Below, one piece after another: positions 7,413-17,022 of a stretch of 43,089 nucleotides of DNA. This stretch comes from Trichomonas gallinae. Its lineage: Eukaryota. Position 1 is the stretch's first letter, and each line of letters starts with the position of its first letter. The notes under the pieces are model-generated. The model was not told the origin of the DNA, did no database searches, and saw nothing but the letters and a program-made list of their open reading frames with translations. The stretch is from positions 1 through 43,089 of the forward strand of contig MRSU01011094.1 of assembly GCA_008369845.1 (NCBI GenBank), in the 5' to 3' direction. The position numbers and the translations under genes were made by a program.

Positions 7413-10310
7413 ATGAGCGATTCCGAACCTAAGAAACAGGTTCGTGACGTCCATTTCGGAAATCCTAAACAGATTATATTCGACAATGATGGTGCCAATA
7501 TTTATTCACTCGGATTAAATGATGGAACCATCTTTAGACTTATAAAAGATGATTTCTCAGCAGATCCTGTACAAATACTCGAAAATCACATTCAAGATCA
7601 GATAAATGCGATGTGCTTCACGAATGATAAGGAAAATCTTCTAATTGCCGTGAAAAATCAGCTGAAAATAGTAAAAGATCTACCAAATATCAGCGGAATT
7701 TCAAATTTATATACAGAAGAGGATTCTGATATCATAGGTATTGTGCAGGATCCACAAAGTGGCCACATTCTCGTTAACACAGAAACACGCGCAACAATTT
7801 TACAGAGCAATGGACGCAAACTATCTACTTTAATGGATAGTTTAGATCCAATTTCATGGACTGGCATAGCTCCACAATCTCATTCTATCGTAATCGCTAC
7901 AGATTCAAATTTATTTATCTATAAAGATGAAAAATCAACAGAAGCATCAATAAAAAGACTTGAAACAGGTTCACCAAATCCTGTTTTTGCTCCTTCATCA
8001 GATTTACTCGTTGCAAATCCACTAAGAAGTGGAGTTGTAAATATCTACAATTTAACAGATAATAATGAATCATCAATCATTATCACAAAGCATACATCAC
8101 CAATAACATATCTAGCTGTAACAAAGTCGTCGTCAATCGTCTCAGCGGACAGAAATGGAAATATTTTCATCTCGAAATTCGATAGAAATGTTTTGAAGTT
8201 TGCTGCAACATCTCCTGCACCACAGCCAATTGCTGTCGATGTCACATTAAACTATGGCTCTTCTAATATATGTGTGCTTGCAACAGGAGGTGGAGCTGTT
8301 ATTTGCGGTGATGAAAATGGATCTGAAATATTCTGGAACAATGTTATTCGCGCTGAATCAAAATTGAAGCCAATCTCGACTGAAGAAAAGACAAAGAAAC
8401 CAGCAAAGAAGAATAATACGGTGTCAAAGAAGGTAAATATCATGGATGCACTTACAAAGAAATCAGATAAACAGAAAGATGAGGATGATGAAGTTTCTCT
8501 TTCTGACGAAGAAACAGAAAAACCTAAGAAGCCAAAATTGGCTCCTCCACCAAAACCGAAGCCGAAGCCAAAGACAAAAGCAGCACTAAAGAAGAAACAC
8601 GATGAATATAGTGAAGATGAAGAAGAAGGTTTTATTGTTCCTGAAAAAGAAGAAAACCAAGCAAACTTTTTGTCTGACGAAGACGAAGAACAAAATGCGG
8701 AAGAAACAAAGCCACAAGAAGGACCAGTTATTACAGCATCAGACTTTTTAGAAGAAGAAAGTGAGACATCAAGTGGACACGAGATAGATGATGTCGATGA
8801 AGACGGAAATATTATACAAAAACAATCTGAAGAATTAACAGACAACGAAATTCCAGAAGAAAAAGCAGAAGAAGATACAACAGACTCAGATGCGAGTGAT
8901 GTTGGTGGAGAGCTCACAACAATGACATTCCAATTCATGCCGAATAACTGCAGCCATTTCAGCATGAACAGAAGATACATGTCGTGGAACATGCACGCGG
9001 CGGTTTTCTTGCGTGCACAAAATGACAGCGACGAAGAATTCATCGACGTTCACCCAATAACGAAAGGAGTAATACAAGAGAATCACTACACGAATGTACA
9101 CAAATTCACTATAGCCACGTGCGATCAGTATGGATTTATGGCTGCTTCACCGCACGTTCTTGAGTATCGTCCGCATACTTCATGGTCACAGGATGCAATC
9201 ACGACAATGGATGTGAACAAAGAAGAAATACGTGTCATTGCTTGCGGAAAAGAATGGTTTGCAATTGGTACAGATGCTAACACTGTCAGAATATTCAAAT
9301 CATCAGGTCTTGAAATGGGCTCGTTCGCTTATCCGCACCAAATTATAGCAATGGTTGGGCATGATAATTTGCTTGTTATTGTGCATGGAAGTGAGCTTTT
9401 GTTTGAACTAATAGATATAGAGGAGAGAAACACAATTGCAAGTGGCGAAATACCAGGAGATCAGCCTCTCAAGTGGATTGGTTTCTCAGAAGAAGGCTCA
9501 CCAATGATATTGGACGGAAACTTGGTCGTCCACATGCTTGTCTCTGACTTCGGAAATTCGTGGGTGCCTGTTTGCGATTTGAAGACATATTCGGATGAAG
9601 TTATATTATCTTTCTGGATGGTAGGCTCGAGAAATGGCATGATATATGTTTGCCCAATGAAGCACACTAAGTCTCCACCAACATCAAGGATTCCTAAGAC
9701 AAGAGAATTCCAAATTTCTCCGCTTTCAGTTGGCTTCACATCAACAGCATATTTGCAGGCAAAGCTTGACACACACACACCTCAAGAAGTCAGAGAAAAC
9801 ACAGCTGATATTGAGCTCATGCGCCTTCTAGCTGTCGCACTTGAAGAGGGCAAGGAAGAATTTGCAGCAGACCTGATCACTATCATGTCAACATCGAGAG
9901 CAAGATTGACTGCTTTGACATATGCTGACCAGCTTGGTAAGCGTGAGTTAGTTGATAGATTGACAGGAATGAAGGCTCCACTGAAGTCCAAAGCAAGGAG
10001 GAGGAAATCAGAGGCAGCTGAAAATTTGGCAGCCCGCGAAAGAGTCATGAAATTCATTGAAGCTCAGCAAGCTGCAAACTCTGTATATGTCAGGAAGGAT
10101 AACAGATTCTCTAAGAACAGTGTGGAAGTTGCACAGCCTCCATCATTCTCAGAGAGATTGGCTGCAATTCCGTCAACACCAGCGTCTAAGAAGTCATATG
10201 ATAGCTTCTTGAAGCCGCCACCGCCTAAAGGCCCTGTCAAGAAGAAGACTAGCAAACCTAAGAAATCTAAAGAAAAGAAAGAAATTGTTGATATGCTTGT
10301 TACGAAATAA
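7413..10310 (+). CDS. WDHD1: AND-1/Ctf4/Mcl1 replisome hub protein (WD40 + acidic linker + SepB domain)
   Basis: N-terminal beta-propeller-like repeats (ITKHTSPITYLAV...IVSADRNGNI) and a K/E/D-rich linker. These are followed by FQFMPN...RRYMSWNMHA and WVPVCDL, typical of the Mcl1_mid/SepB region, and a helical bundle. No HMG box is evident. Confidence 0.8.
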   Translation: MSDSEPKKQVRDVHFGNPKQIIFDNDGANIYSLGLNDGTIFRLIKDDFSADPVQILENHIQDQINAMCFTNDKENLLIAVKNQLKIVKDLPNISGISNLYTEEDSDIIGIVQDPQSGHILVNTETRATILQSNGRKLSTLMDSLDPISWTGIAPQSHSIVIATDSNLFIYKDEKSTEASIKRLETGSPNPVFAPSSDLLVANPLRSGVVNIYNLTDNNESSIIITKHTSPITYLAVTKSSSIVSADRNGNIFISKFDRNVLKFAATSPAPQPIAVDVTLNYGSSNICVLATGGGAVICGDENGSEIFWNNVIRAESKLKPISTEEKTKKPAKKNNTVSKKVNIMDALTKKSDKQKDEDDEVSLSDEETEKPKKPKLAPPPKPKPKPKTKAALKKKHDEYSEDEEEGFIVPEKEENQANFLSDEDEEQNAEETKPQEGPVITASDFLEEESETSSGHEIDDVDEDGNIIQKQSEELTDNEIPEEKAEEDTTDSDASDVGGELTTMTFQFMPNNCSHFSMNRRYMSWNMHAAVFLRAQNDSDEEFIDVHPITKGVIQENHYTNVHKFTIATCDQYGFMAASPHVLEYRPHTSWSQDAITTMDVNKEEIRVIACGKEWFAIGTDANTVRIFKSSGLEMGSFAYPHQIIAMVGHDNLLVIVHGSELLFELIDIEERNTIASGEIPGDQPLKWIGFSEEGSPMILDGNLVVHMLVSDFGNSWVPVCDLKTYSDEVILSFWMVGSRNGMIYVCPMKHTKSPPTSRIPKTREFQISPLSVGFTSTAYLQAKLDTHTPQEVRENTADIELMRLLAVALEEGKEEFAADLITIMSTSRARLTALTYADQLGKRELVDRLTGMKAPLKSKARRRKSEAAENLAARERVMKFIEAQQAANSVYVRKDNRFSKNSVEVAQPPSFSERLAAIPSTPASKKSYDSFLKPPPPKGPVKKKTSKPKKSKEKKEIVDMLVTK

Positions 10311-10345
10311 ATAAAGTATACATTTATAAATATATTAGCTCTATC

Positions 10346-10442
10346 TTTGTCGTGTAAACATATTTTTGACACGTAAAGTTAATTTCAAAAATGGCAAATA
10401 ATAAATATTCGACAAATAAAATTTGATTATTTGTCATGTAAA
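10346..10442. promoter_or_regulatory. Cluster of the recurrent motif in the short interval upstream of the Rad23-like gene
   Basis: tttgtcgtgtaaa 10346, tttttgacacgtaaa 10363 (together resembling the reverse complement of the 3126/7171 module), tttgtcatgtaaa 10430. Inr-like TCATT at about 10452. Confidence 0.6.
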
Positions 10443-10462
10443 TATTTTTTGTCATTATTTAT

Positions 10463-11302
10463 ATGGAAGTAATTTTTCACATTTCGAATGGTGATACGAT
10501 TCACGAAAGATATGATGGTGAAATAACGATTAGTGAAATAGAAGATCTGTTCAAAGCTAAATATTTAACTGAAGCAACAAAAATTCGATTTTTATATCAA
10601 TCAAAAATACTTAATCCTGATGACAAACTATCATCAATCAATTATACTCACCCTAAAGAGATCATTGTATATCCTACTCCAATGCTGAAACCTAAACATA
10701 ATATTTATGATCCTAGAACTCAAAGCAGCACAAAACCATCTGAAGTTAAAGATAAAACAGCTAACACTAAGCCAAATGACGTGCCTAAACCGGCAGTTGC
10801 CCCAATACCAAATTTGCCAAATCAAACAACAGCAAATCAGACTCCAGAAACATCAAGAAGTCAGATAAATGATCCAAGTACGCCAAATAAAAGCATCGCT
10901 CAAGATAATGATAATCAAAATTCAAAATCATCTTTGCCGCAGCCTCAGAGTTCACGTCAACAACCATCTTCAAATCTTCAAAGACGTAATGATAATAGAA
11001 ATCAACAAAATGCAAATCAAAATCCGCAAAATCCAAATAGACCAATTTCTGGTGTTACACCCGGTCCAAGACCACCTTCACAACAAGATTTAGATAAAGT
11101 TAGAAACCAAAGTGTTGAATCAGTTCGAAAAATAATCCTTGAAAAACCGAATGTTAGCCTTTATGCTGTAATCAATTCTATTGCTAAAACCGATCCTGGT
11201 CTTGCTGATAAAATTAGACAAAATCCTCAGCCATTTTTAGCTGTTATGGGTATTCCTTACAAAATTGAAAACGGACAGATTGTCATTCAGAACAAAGATT
11301 GA
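10463..11302 (+). CDS. Ubiquitin-like domain protein with a C-terminal XPC-binding/STI1-like domain (Rad23-like)
   Basis: UBL: TISEIEDLFK...IRFLYQSKILNPDDKLSSINY. N/Q/P-rich linker. The C-terminal VRKIILEKPN..LYAVINSIAKTDPGLADKIRQNPQPFLAVM resembles the Rad23 XPC-binding domain. Confidence 0.7.
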   Translation: MEVIFHISNGDTIHERYDGEITISEIEDLFKAKYLTEATKIRFLYQSKILNPDDKLSSINYTHPKEIIVYPTPMLKPKHNIYDPRTQSSTKPSEVKDKTANTKPNDVPKPAVAPIPNLPNQTTANQTPETSRSQINDPSTPNKSIAQDNDNQNSKSSLPQPQSSRQQPSSNLQRRNDNRNQQNANQNPQNPNRPISGVTPGPRPPSQQDLDKVRNQSVESVRKIILEKPNVSLYAVINSIAKTDPGLADKIRQNPQPFLAVMGIPYKIENGQIVIQNKD

Positions 11303-11364
11303 TTTCATCATTTGTTAACAGTTTCGTCATTGTATTGTTGAATATAAAATATTATAATTTTTAT

Positions 11365-11622
11365 TTTTGAAGCATACCTCATAAAAGTGCAAACGCCTGG
11401 TTCTTTCAGTGTAATCCATCCAAATTTCCCAGTAGATATAGGTTGAACGACCTCGAATTCATAAGCATAGAGTTTTATTAGCCTAGTAAGTTTTTGACAA
11501 AATTCAGAAATTTAGTGTCAAACATTTTGTATCTCTTTATTTTGATGAGGAGCGAACGAATATGATTTCCTTAGTTTAATCAGTGATGTAGCAGCAAGTG
11601 AAAAATCTTTTTGGGAGCTCAT
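11365..11622 (-). pseudogene. Short decayed ORF of unknown family
   Basis: From ATG 11622: MSSQKDFSLAATSLIKLRKSYSFAPHQNKEIQNV*H*ISEFCQKLTRLIKLYAYEFEVVQPISTGKFGWITLKEPGVCTFMRYASK, with two in-frame stops (11520-18, 11514-12). The 3' boundary is approximate. Confidence 0.3.
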
Positions 11623-11694
11623 CGATTCTTATTTATATTATTGTAAAGCACCACCTTCTCTATTTACCTCTCTAGAATATTTTTTGTTTCAAAA

Positions 11695-11788
11695 TTTACA
11701 TGACAAATCCAATAAAATTTGACTCATTACATGACGAATTTGACGATTTTTGACATTACGTGCCAAAATGTCACTTTACAATGTCAGA
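11695..11788. promoter_or_regulatory. Cluster of the recurrent motif upstream of Sec7-PH
   Basis: tttacatgacaaa 11695, ttacatgacgaa 11727, ttacgtgccaaaa 11756, tttacaatgtcaga 11775. Confidence 0.55.
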
Positions 11789-11953
11789 AATCACAAAAAA
11801 CTATCATCCGTTTTCATATTTCTGATAATCGAGCTCTATAATCATGAGAATAATAACGATCGAGATACTATCTTTCTGACTTAAAATATTTTGATAGACC
11901 ATTGGAGAAATTTCAGAACCTTGAAATTTTTATGTCAATTTTTTCATAAAAAA

Positions 11954-12979
11954 ATGTCTATTGAGGAATCTAATTCATCTTTCTTTCCTACACCTGATCA
12001 AATGTTTGACGTTAAATTACCACCTGAGATGACTGATTTCGTCGAACAATTCAATAAGGATCCTCAGCTTACTACTACAAATTTGAAAATCATCAACGAA
12101 AATTTTGCGGATCCCTATTACTTGGCACGCATATTAAGTACAACACAAGGTCTGTCTCCATATAAACGATCCGAAATTCTACTTAATCCATCTTATCAAA
12201 CACAACCAATTTTATATTTCTTCTTTTCGTCGCTAAATTCCGAATTCACGACTATCATCGATTCTGCATCTGTTTTATTTGGCCTTCTAGCCCTTCCAAA
12301 TAACTTATCTCTTATGAAATTAATCATCAGTAGTTTTACGGAAGCTTATTTGACTAAAAACCCTTACTGTCGGCTTAGAAAGGCTGAGGTTACTACAGTT
12401 GTAAGTTCATATATTGGTTTTTGCGCGAGATCAAAATCCACAAAAATGATATCACCAGATGAATTCAAAACATACTACAGGAAATCTAGCATTTCGGAGG
12501 AGAACATCTTCCATTTATTCACAGAAAGCCTCGCAAAGCCTTTGACATTAAAATACGTTTTCGGAGAATATGACTCACCACCGGAAGTTAATAAAACTGG
12601 AGCTATATCGAACAAAGGAAAGTTCTTTAAACTAACTAAGAATATATACCTTAAAACAATTGGATTTTGGCTCGAAATATATTCTGACTCAAAATATGCT
12701 AATTTGAAGAATAAATTCATGTTATATGATGTTACTGCATCAGTGTCGAAGTCACAGGATGGATACTCACTCGAAATATCATCGAATACAAATTCGAAGC
12801 TTATAATGGGGCCTGGAAAGCTTTATGAAGAAAGCGAGTTCATAATTAGCTCTGATTCGAAAGATGTATTGACTGAATGGGCTGATTTAATAAATTTCAT
12901 ATCTTTTGTTTGTTCTTGCCATGCCATTATCGACTCTGGAATCCAAAAAGCAGATGCCAATGTGGAGTATATGTTTTAA
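11954..12979 (+). CDS. Sec7 + PH domain protein (cytohesin-like architecture), probably catalytically inactive
   Basis: FVEQFNKDP, LARILSTTQGLS, LLALPNNLSLMKLIISSFTEAYLTKNP and LFTESLAKPL align by eye to Sec7 (FNxxP, GLxK, FRLPGEAQKIDRxMExFAxRYxxxNP, LYxSIxxxPF). C-terminal PH (KTGAISNKG...FIISSDSKDVLTEWADLI). First ATG 11954, Inr-like TCATA at 11944. Confidence 0.75.
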   Translation: MSIEESNSSFFPTPDQMFDVKLPPEMTDFVEQFNKDPQLTTTNLKIINENFADPYYLARILSTTQGLSPYKRSEILLNPSYQTQPILYFFFSSLNSEFTTIIDSASVLFGLLALPNNLSLMKLIISSFTEAYLTKNPYCRLRKAEVTTVVSSYIGFCARSKSTKMISPDEFKTYYRKSSISEENIFHLFTESLAKPLTLKYVFGEYDSPPEVNKTGAISNKGKFFKLTKNIYLKTIGFWLEIYSDSKYANLKNKFMLYDVTASVSKSQDGYSLEISSNTNSKLIMGPGKLYEESEFIISSDSKDVLTEWADLINFISFVCSCHAIIDSGIQKADANVEYMF

Positions 12980-13222
12980 TTTGTTCTATTTTACTTATTT
13001 TTTGTTGAATATATTGTAGACAGCAAAAATCGGAAAAAATATCTTGTAAATCTTTCTATATTTATTTCTCCATATGTTAAGAATCAATTATTGTTTAATA
13101 ACAACATATTTTAAAAAAAAAAGATTATATTGGGGTTTATAAAAGTTGTTCTTATGCGTATTTGAAGAATTTCGTGTAAACTTATTTATATTGCATTATC
13201 TAATGAGAATTTTGAAAAATGA

Positions 13223-13280
13223 TTTACATGACAATTATAGAATAAATTTTGACGTGTAAAGTATTCTATTTAAAAGTGAC
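13223..13280. promoter_or_regulatory. Inverted pair of the recurrent motif plus AAAGTGAC
   Basis: tttacatgacaa 13223, ttttgacgtgtaaa 13247, aaagtgac 13273. Confidence 0.5.
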
Positions 13281-13913
13281 AATCGCAAGAAATTCTCTCG
13301 ATATGATTCTCTTAATCATTAGAGAAGAAAAATCTGAACGAATTTAAGAATCCGATGACACACAGTTTTATATGCACATATATTTAATATTTTCCTAAGA
13401 CCTTAATTTAAACTTAGATGTGAAAAAAGTGGCTTTATTTTGAACTGTTCAAATAAACTGCAAGTACAAAATACTGTATACAGTGTATATAACGAGAGTA
13501 TTAAGCTTTCGTGCGTTTAACTTTGTGTTTTATGGCCGCGCAAGGTTATCTGAAACTTTTGATTTTTTCAGATAGGTTATATAATAATTTGAGTTTGTAA
13601 AATAAAGAAACATTTCAGATAATAAGTTTAAAATCATATCATATGATTCTTCGATAATGAAATATATTTAAACCTTTAAAAGCTAAGCAGCTTTGAATAG
13701 AAATCATCGCAAAATAAAGCAAAATTTCAAATCAAAAAGTCATGATAAAATCCAATACAAAAATTTAACAGCTTTTCAAAATCTCTTTTAATTGTTTAAT
13801 CACACAAAAAATAATCACTCGAAACACTCCATATCTATAGCAAAGATGAGAAATAATTCATCAGTTATTAACAAAATTTTGAAGAATTTTTGAGTGCTGC
13901 CATTCAATTTCAA

Positions 13914-15713
13914 ATGTTTGTTCAGCTTTTGTGCCTTACTATGAGCATAGATCCAAGCGATGTTTTCCCTGGAGTGACATTCACGGAAATAAGAGGCAAT
14001 AGATATCTTTCAACAGGAGGAATTTCATATACAAACCAAATTAATTATTGGATTGACGAATGCCAATTTTACCGACTAAAATCAAGGGCGAACATGAACA
14101 ATCCAGTGAGAATTATTCGCACAACGAAAACAAACATATGCACATTCATGTCGAGATGCAGCTTCTATGATAACTCCTGCTTAGGCTACGGAGGTTCGGT
14201 CTTCATTGGAACAAATGCAGGACGAATAGCACTCATCAATGTTTGCGGACAGCAATCACAGAGCGGAAAGCAAGGAATGTTTGTCAACTTAAACGCAAAT
14301 GTTGACTCGCCGAACCTGATCAATGTTACTAACTGCGCAATGCTGTCATGCTCAGGACTGACTGGTGACTATGATGTTGACTCGACGATTGCCGTGACAA
14401 ATGGACTTGGTTATGTCAATTACGTCAATTTTTCGAACAACAAAGCAATTTATGCTGCGGCGATTTCTTATGTTATTGCAAAGATGGCAGACATCACATT
14501 TTCATACCACAACGTTGTTAACAACACACAGGTAGGACCATATGGACTTTACAAACGTGACAGAGATGCAACAGGTTCGTATATCACAATGATATGGACG
14601 AAATTGAATGTTGTTGGAAACAAATATACTGGCTCAGATATTAAGTGTATTTTCTCGTTCTATCATCAGCCAAGTTTAGATACTTTAGGAAGAATCACTA
14701 ACATTTCATATTCAAATGTTGTTGGAAATGACGCGACATATCTTTGCTATTCGAACATTCCAGCAAGTATTTTTAATTTGATTAATTGCTATGTAGATAA
14801 TACCAATTATTATAGCTGCACAATGAACCAATACAATTCCCTTTTAAGTGAGACGGAAATTATCGATGCATCACTTTACTATACAGATAATTGCATCTAT
14901 TTTGATGCAACACCAGTGAATACTCCTGAATATACTCCTGCTATAACTCCGAAACTCACTCCAGCAAACACACCTTCCTCAACACCTGGAGCAACACCTT
15001 CTGAGACTCCATCACAAACCCCATTGATAACTCCATCAATAACACCATCACAGACTCCATCAACAACACCATCACAGACTCCATCAATAACACCATCACA
15101 GACTCCATCAATAACTCCATTGATAACATCATCAACAACTCCATCAATAACTCCATTGATAACTCCATTGATAACTCCATCAATAACATCATCAACAACT
15201 CCATCACAGACTCCATCAATAACACCATCTGAGACTCCATCAACAACACCATCACAGACTCCATCAATAACTCCATTGATAACTCCATCAATAACACAAT
15301 CACAGACTCCATCTGAGACTCCATCAACAACACCATCATCAACAACACAAGAAAAAAATCTCCAGGTTGCTTCCCAAAACTCAGTGTCGGCAACATCAGC
15401 AACAACGAAAGAAAACCAAACCAATGATATTTCAGTATTAAAGAAATCAAAGATTTGGATCATCATCTTTGGGGGTGTATTAGCATTGCTCAGTGTATTC
15501 TTTATTATTTTCTTGATAATTTACTACAGGAATAAAGATGATGATGAATCTCAAGCTAGTGAAGAATCAGAAGGATCTGGTGAAACCGTCTCTATTTCTG
15601 ATCGTTTCTCTTCATATTCATACAATAATTATCCTTCTTTGAACTTCATGAATGAAGTCCCAATGCCTGAATATCATGAAGAACATGACTCAATGGATGA
15701 AAAAAGTATTTAA
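13914..15713 (+). CDS. Type I surface membrane protein: Asn/Cys-rich beta-helix-like ectodomain, TPxx mucin-like stalk, TMD, acidic tail
   Basis: Signal-like MFVQLLCLTMS; repeated CxFxxN/VNFSNN/NVVGN patterns and GYGGSVF; 36 Txxx tetrapeptides; TMD IWIIIFGGVLALLSVFFIIFLIIYY; tail with acidic patches and YPSL. First ATG at 13914. Confidence 0.8.
   Translation: MFVQLLCLTMSIDPSDVFPGVTFTEIRGNRYLSTGGISYTNQINYWIDECQFYRLKSRANMNNPVRIIRTTKTNICTFMSRCSFYDNSCLGYGGSVFIGTNAGRIALINVCGQQSQSGKQGMFVNLNANVDSPNLINVTNCAMLSCSGLTGDYDVDSTIAVTNGLGYVNYVNFSNNKAIYAAAISYVIAKMADITFSYHNVVNNTQVGPYGLYKRDRDATGSYITMIWTKLNVVGNKYTGSDIKCIFSFYHQPSLDTLGRITNISYSNVVGNDATYLCYSNIPASIFNLINCYVDNTNYYSCTMNQYNSLLSETEIIDASLYYTDNCIYFDATPVNTPEYTPAITPKLTPANTPSSTPGATPSETPSQTPLITPSITPSQTPSTTPSQTPSITPSQTPSITPLITSSTTPSITPLITPLITPSITSSTTPSQTPSITPSETPSTTPSQTPSITPLITPSITQSQTPSETPSTTPSSTTQEKNLQVASQNSVSATSATTKENQTNDISVLKKSKIWIIIFGGVLALLSVFFIIFLIIYYRNKDDDESQASEESEGSGETVSISDRFSSYSYNNYPSLNFMNEVPMPEYHEEHDSMDEKSI
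14910..15341 (+). repeat. Coding 12-bp tandem repeat (36 units; ACT/ACA CCA TCA/TTG NNN) encoding TPSQ/TPSI/TPLI/TPST
   Basis: 432 bp = 36 x 12 bp, in frame, TPVN through TPSS. Confidence 0.95.
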
Positions 15714-16160
15714 TTTTGTTTATAATAAAAATGTATATATTTCCATTGAAACAATACAGTGTTTTCATTATGTGATACCTATATATTAAATTATGATTCA
15801 TAGATGTACTCCAAGTTAAATTTTTAAATATCAAAAGATTAACATCTAGTTCAGACTGTTTGAAACCTATAAAATTCTAAATATAGGTAAATAGATACTA
15901 AATATAATTTTTCTCTAAATATTAAAGAAAAATAAATTAAAATTAGATATATTCTGGTGTGTAACGAATATTTTTTCTTGATCGATTATAATGTAAATAT
16001 AGAGTATTTAAAAGGCTTGTAATGATAAAAATGAAAAATATTAAAAATATTGATAAATATGTACAAAATCAAAGATATAGCGTGCGCAAAATCAGTATAT
16101 AGTCATGGTTGAGTTAAAATAATCAGATAAGAGTTAGAAATTTTAATTCTGTGACAAGGA

Positions 16161-16195
16161 CGATAACGATTATTTAGATTCCGATAACGATTATT
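16161..16195 (+). promoter_or_regulatory. Direct repeat CGATAACGATTATT x2 (Myb-recognition-element-like)
   Basis: Exact 14-bp copies at 16161-16174 and 16182-16195, ending 15 bp before the ATG. Each contains ATAACGAT and CGATA, like the T. vaginalis MRE-1/MRE-2r elements. Confidence 0.55.
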
Positions 16196-16209
16196 GTAAA
16201 ATAATTAAT

Positions 16210-16719
16210 ATGCAAAATAACCAGGATATAACAAGCGCGAAATATTCAGAGGGAGTTGCATACTACAACAACGGCCAGATGCTGCAGGCCATTGATTGTT
16301 TCCAAGAAATTATCCGATCAATTTTTCAGATCGAAAATCCTGATGAAGCTTTTATTAATCATTTCGGAAACTCTTTAAACTATATCCGCATGATCTCTCT
16401 TTGCGTAAAATCCGATCTTGAAAAGGAGATTTCGGCGATTCAAGATGAATTTATGATTCACTCAAAGAAAATTGAAGAATTCAGCAACACGCCAAAGGGA
16501 AACATGCATCTTACATATAAAGAGCTGTGTGATGATACAGCTAACTGGTCTACGCCTTTCATCGATGTTTTAAAGCGCGATATCGAGTTATACGACACAA
16601 ACCATTTCAGAAATTATCTTATAGGAGGAGCTCTTATTGCTGCATCTGTTGCTTCCATCGCATATCTTTATCACAAACGCAAAAATAGCAACGAAGAGTT
16701 CAAGCCTGAGCAACAATGA
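16210..16719 (+). CDS. Small TPR-like, C-tail-anchored membrane protein
   Basis: N-terminal KYSEGVAYYNNGQMLQAIDCFQEII is TPR-like. C-terminal TMD YLIGGALIAASVASIAYLY is followed by HKRK. No signal peptide. Confidence 0.65.
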   Translation: MQNNQDITSAKYSEGVAYYNNGQMLQAIDCFQEIIRSIFQIENPDEAFINHFGNSLNYIRMISLCVKSDLEKEISAIQDEFMIHSKKIEEFSNTPKGNMHLTYKELCDDTANWSTPFIDVLKRDIELYDTNHFRNYLIGGALIAASVASIAYLYHKRKNSNEEFKPEQQ

Positions 16720-17022
16720 GTACTATATACTTGGAACTCAATTTATTCACTTTTACTGTTAGGTATCTGATATTTAAAATCAAATTAAATTATGTTTTTA
16801 TTTGCTTATTTACAACTGCTATATTAATAGACTTCACCTCAAAACTATATTTCATCTGCGCTTTAGGCTTGACACTTAGTTTAAAGTCACATATTCAAAT
16901 TGTATGAATTATCATGATTATTATATAATTATTCAGAAATACTTGAGCTTATTTTCATATATTTAGAAGTTTACTAAAGAGAAAAGAAAAGATTAAAAAT
17001 CAAATTAGAGATAAAAGAAATC

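Noticed and set aside
5681..10372. Many antisense and alternate-frame ORFs within the SAPS-like and AND-1 genes (also within the kinase, ADI, TRAPPC10-like and coiled-coil genes)
   Set aside because: Their S/F/L-rich sequences are the expected mirror of E/K/D-rich sense codons, and they show no independent motifs.
14897..15466. Antisense ORFs with DGVI / MELL repeats
   Set aside because: They are shadow frames of the 12-bp coding repeat on the + strand.
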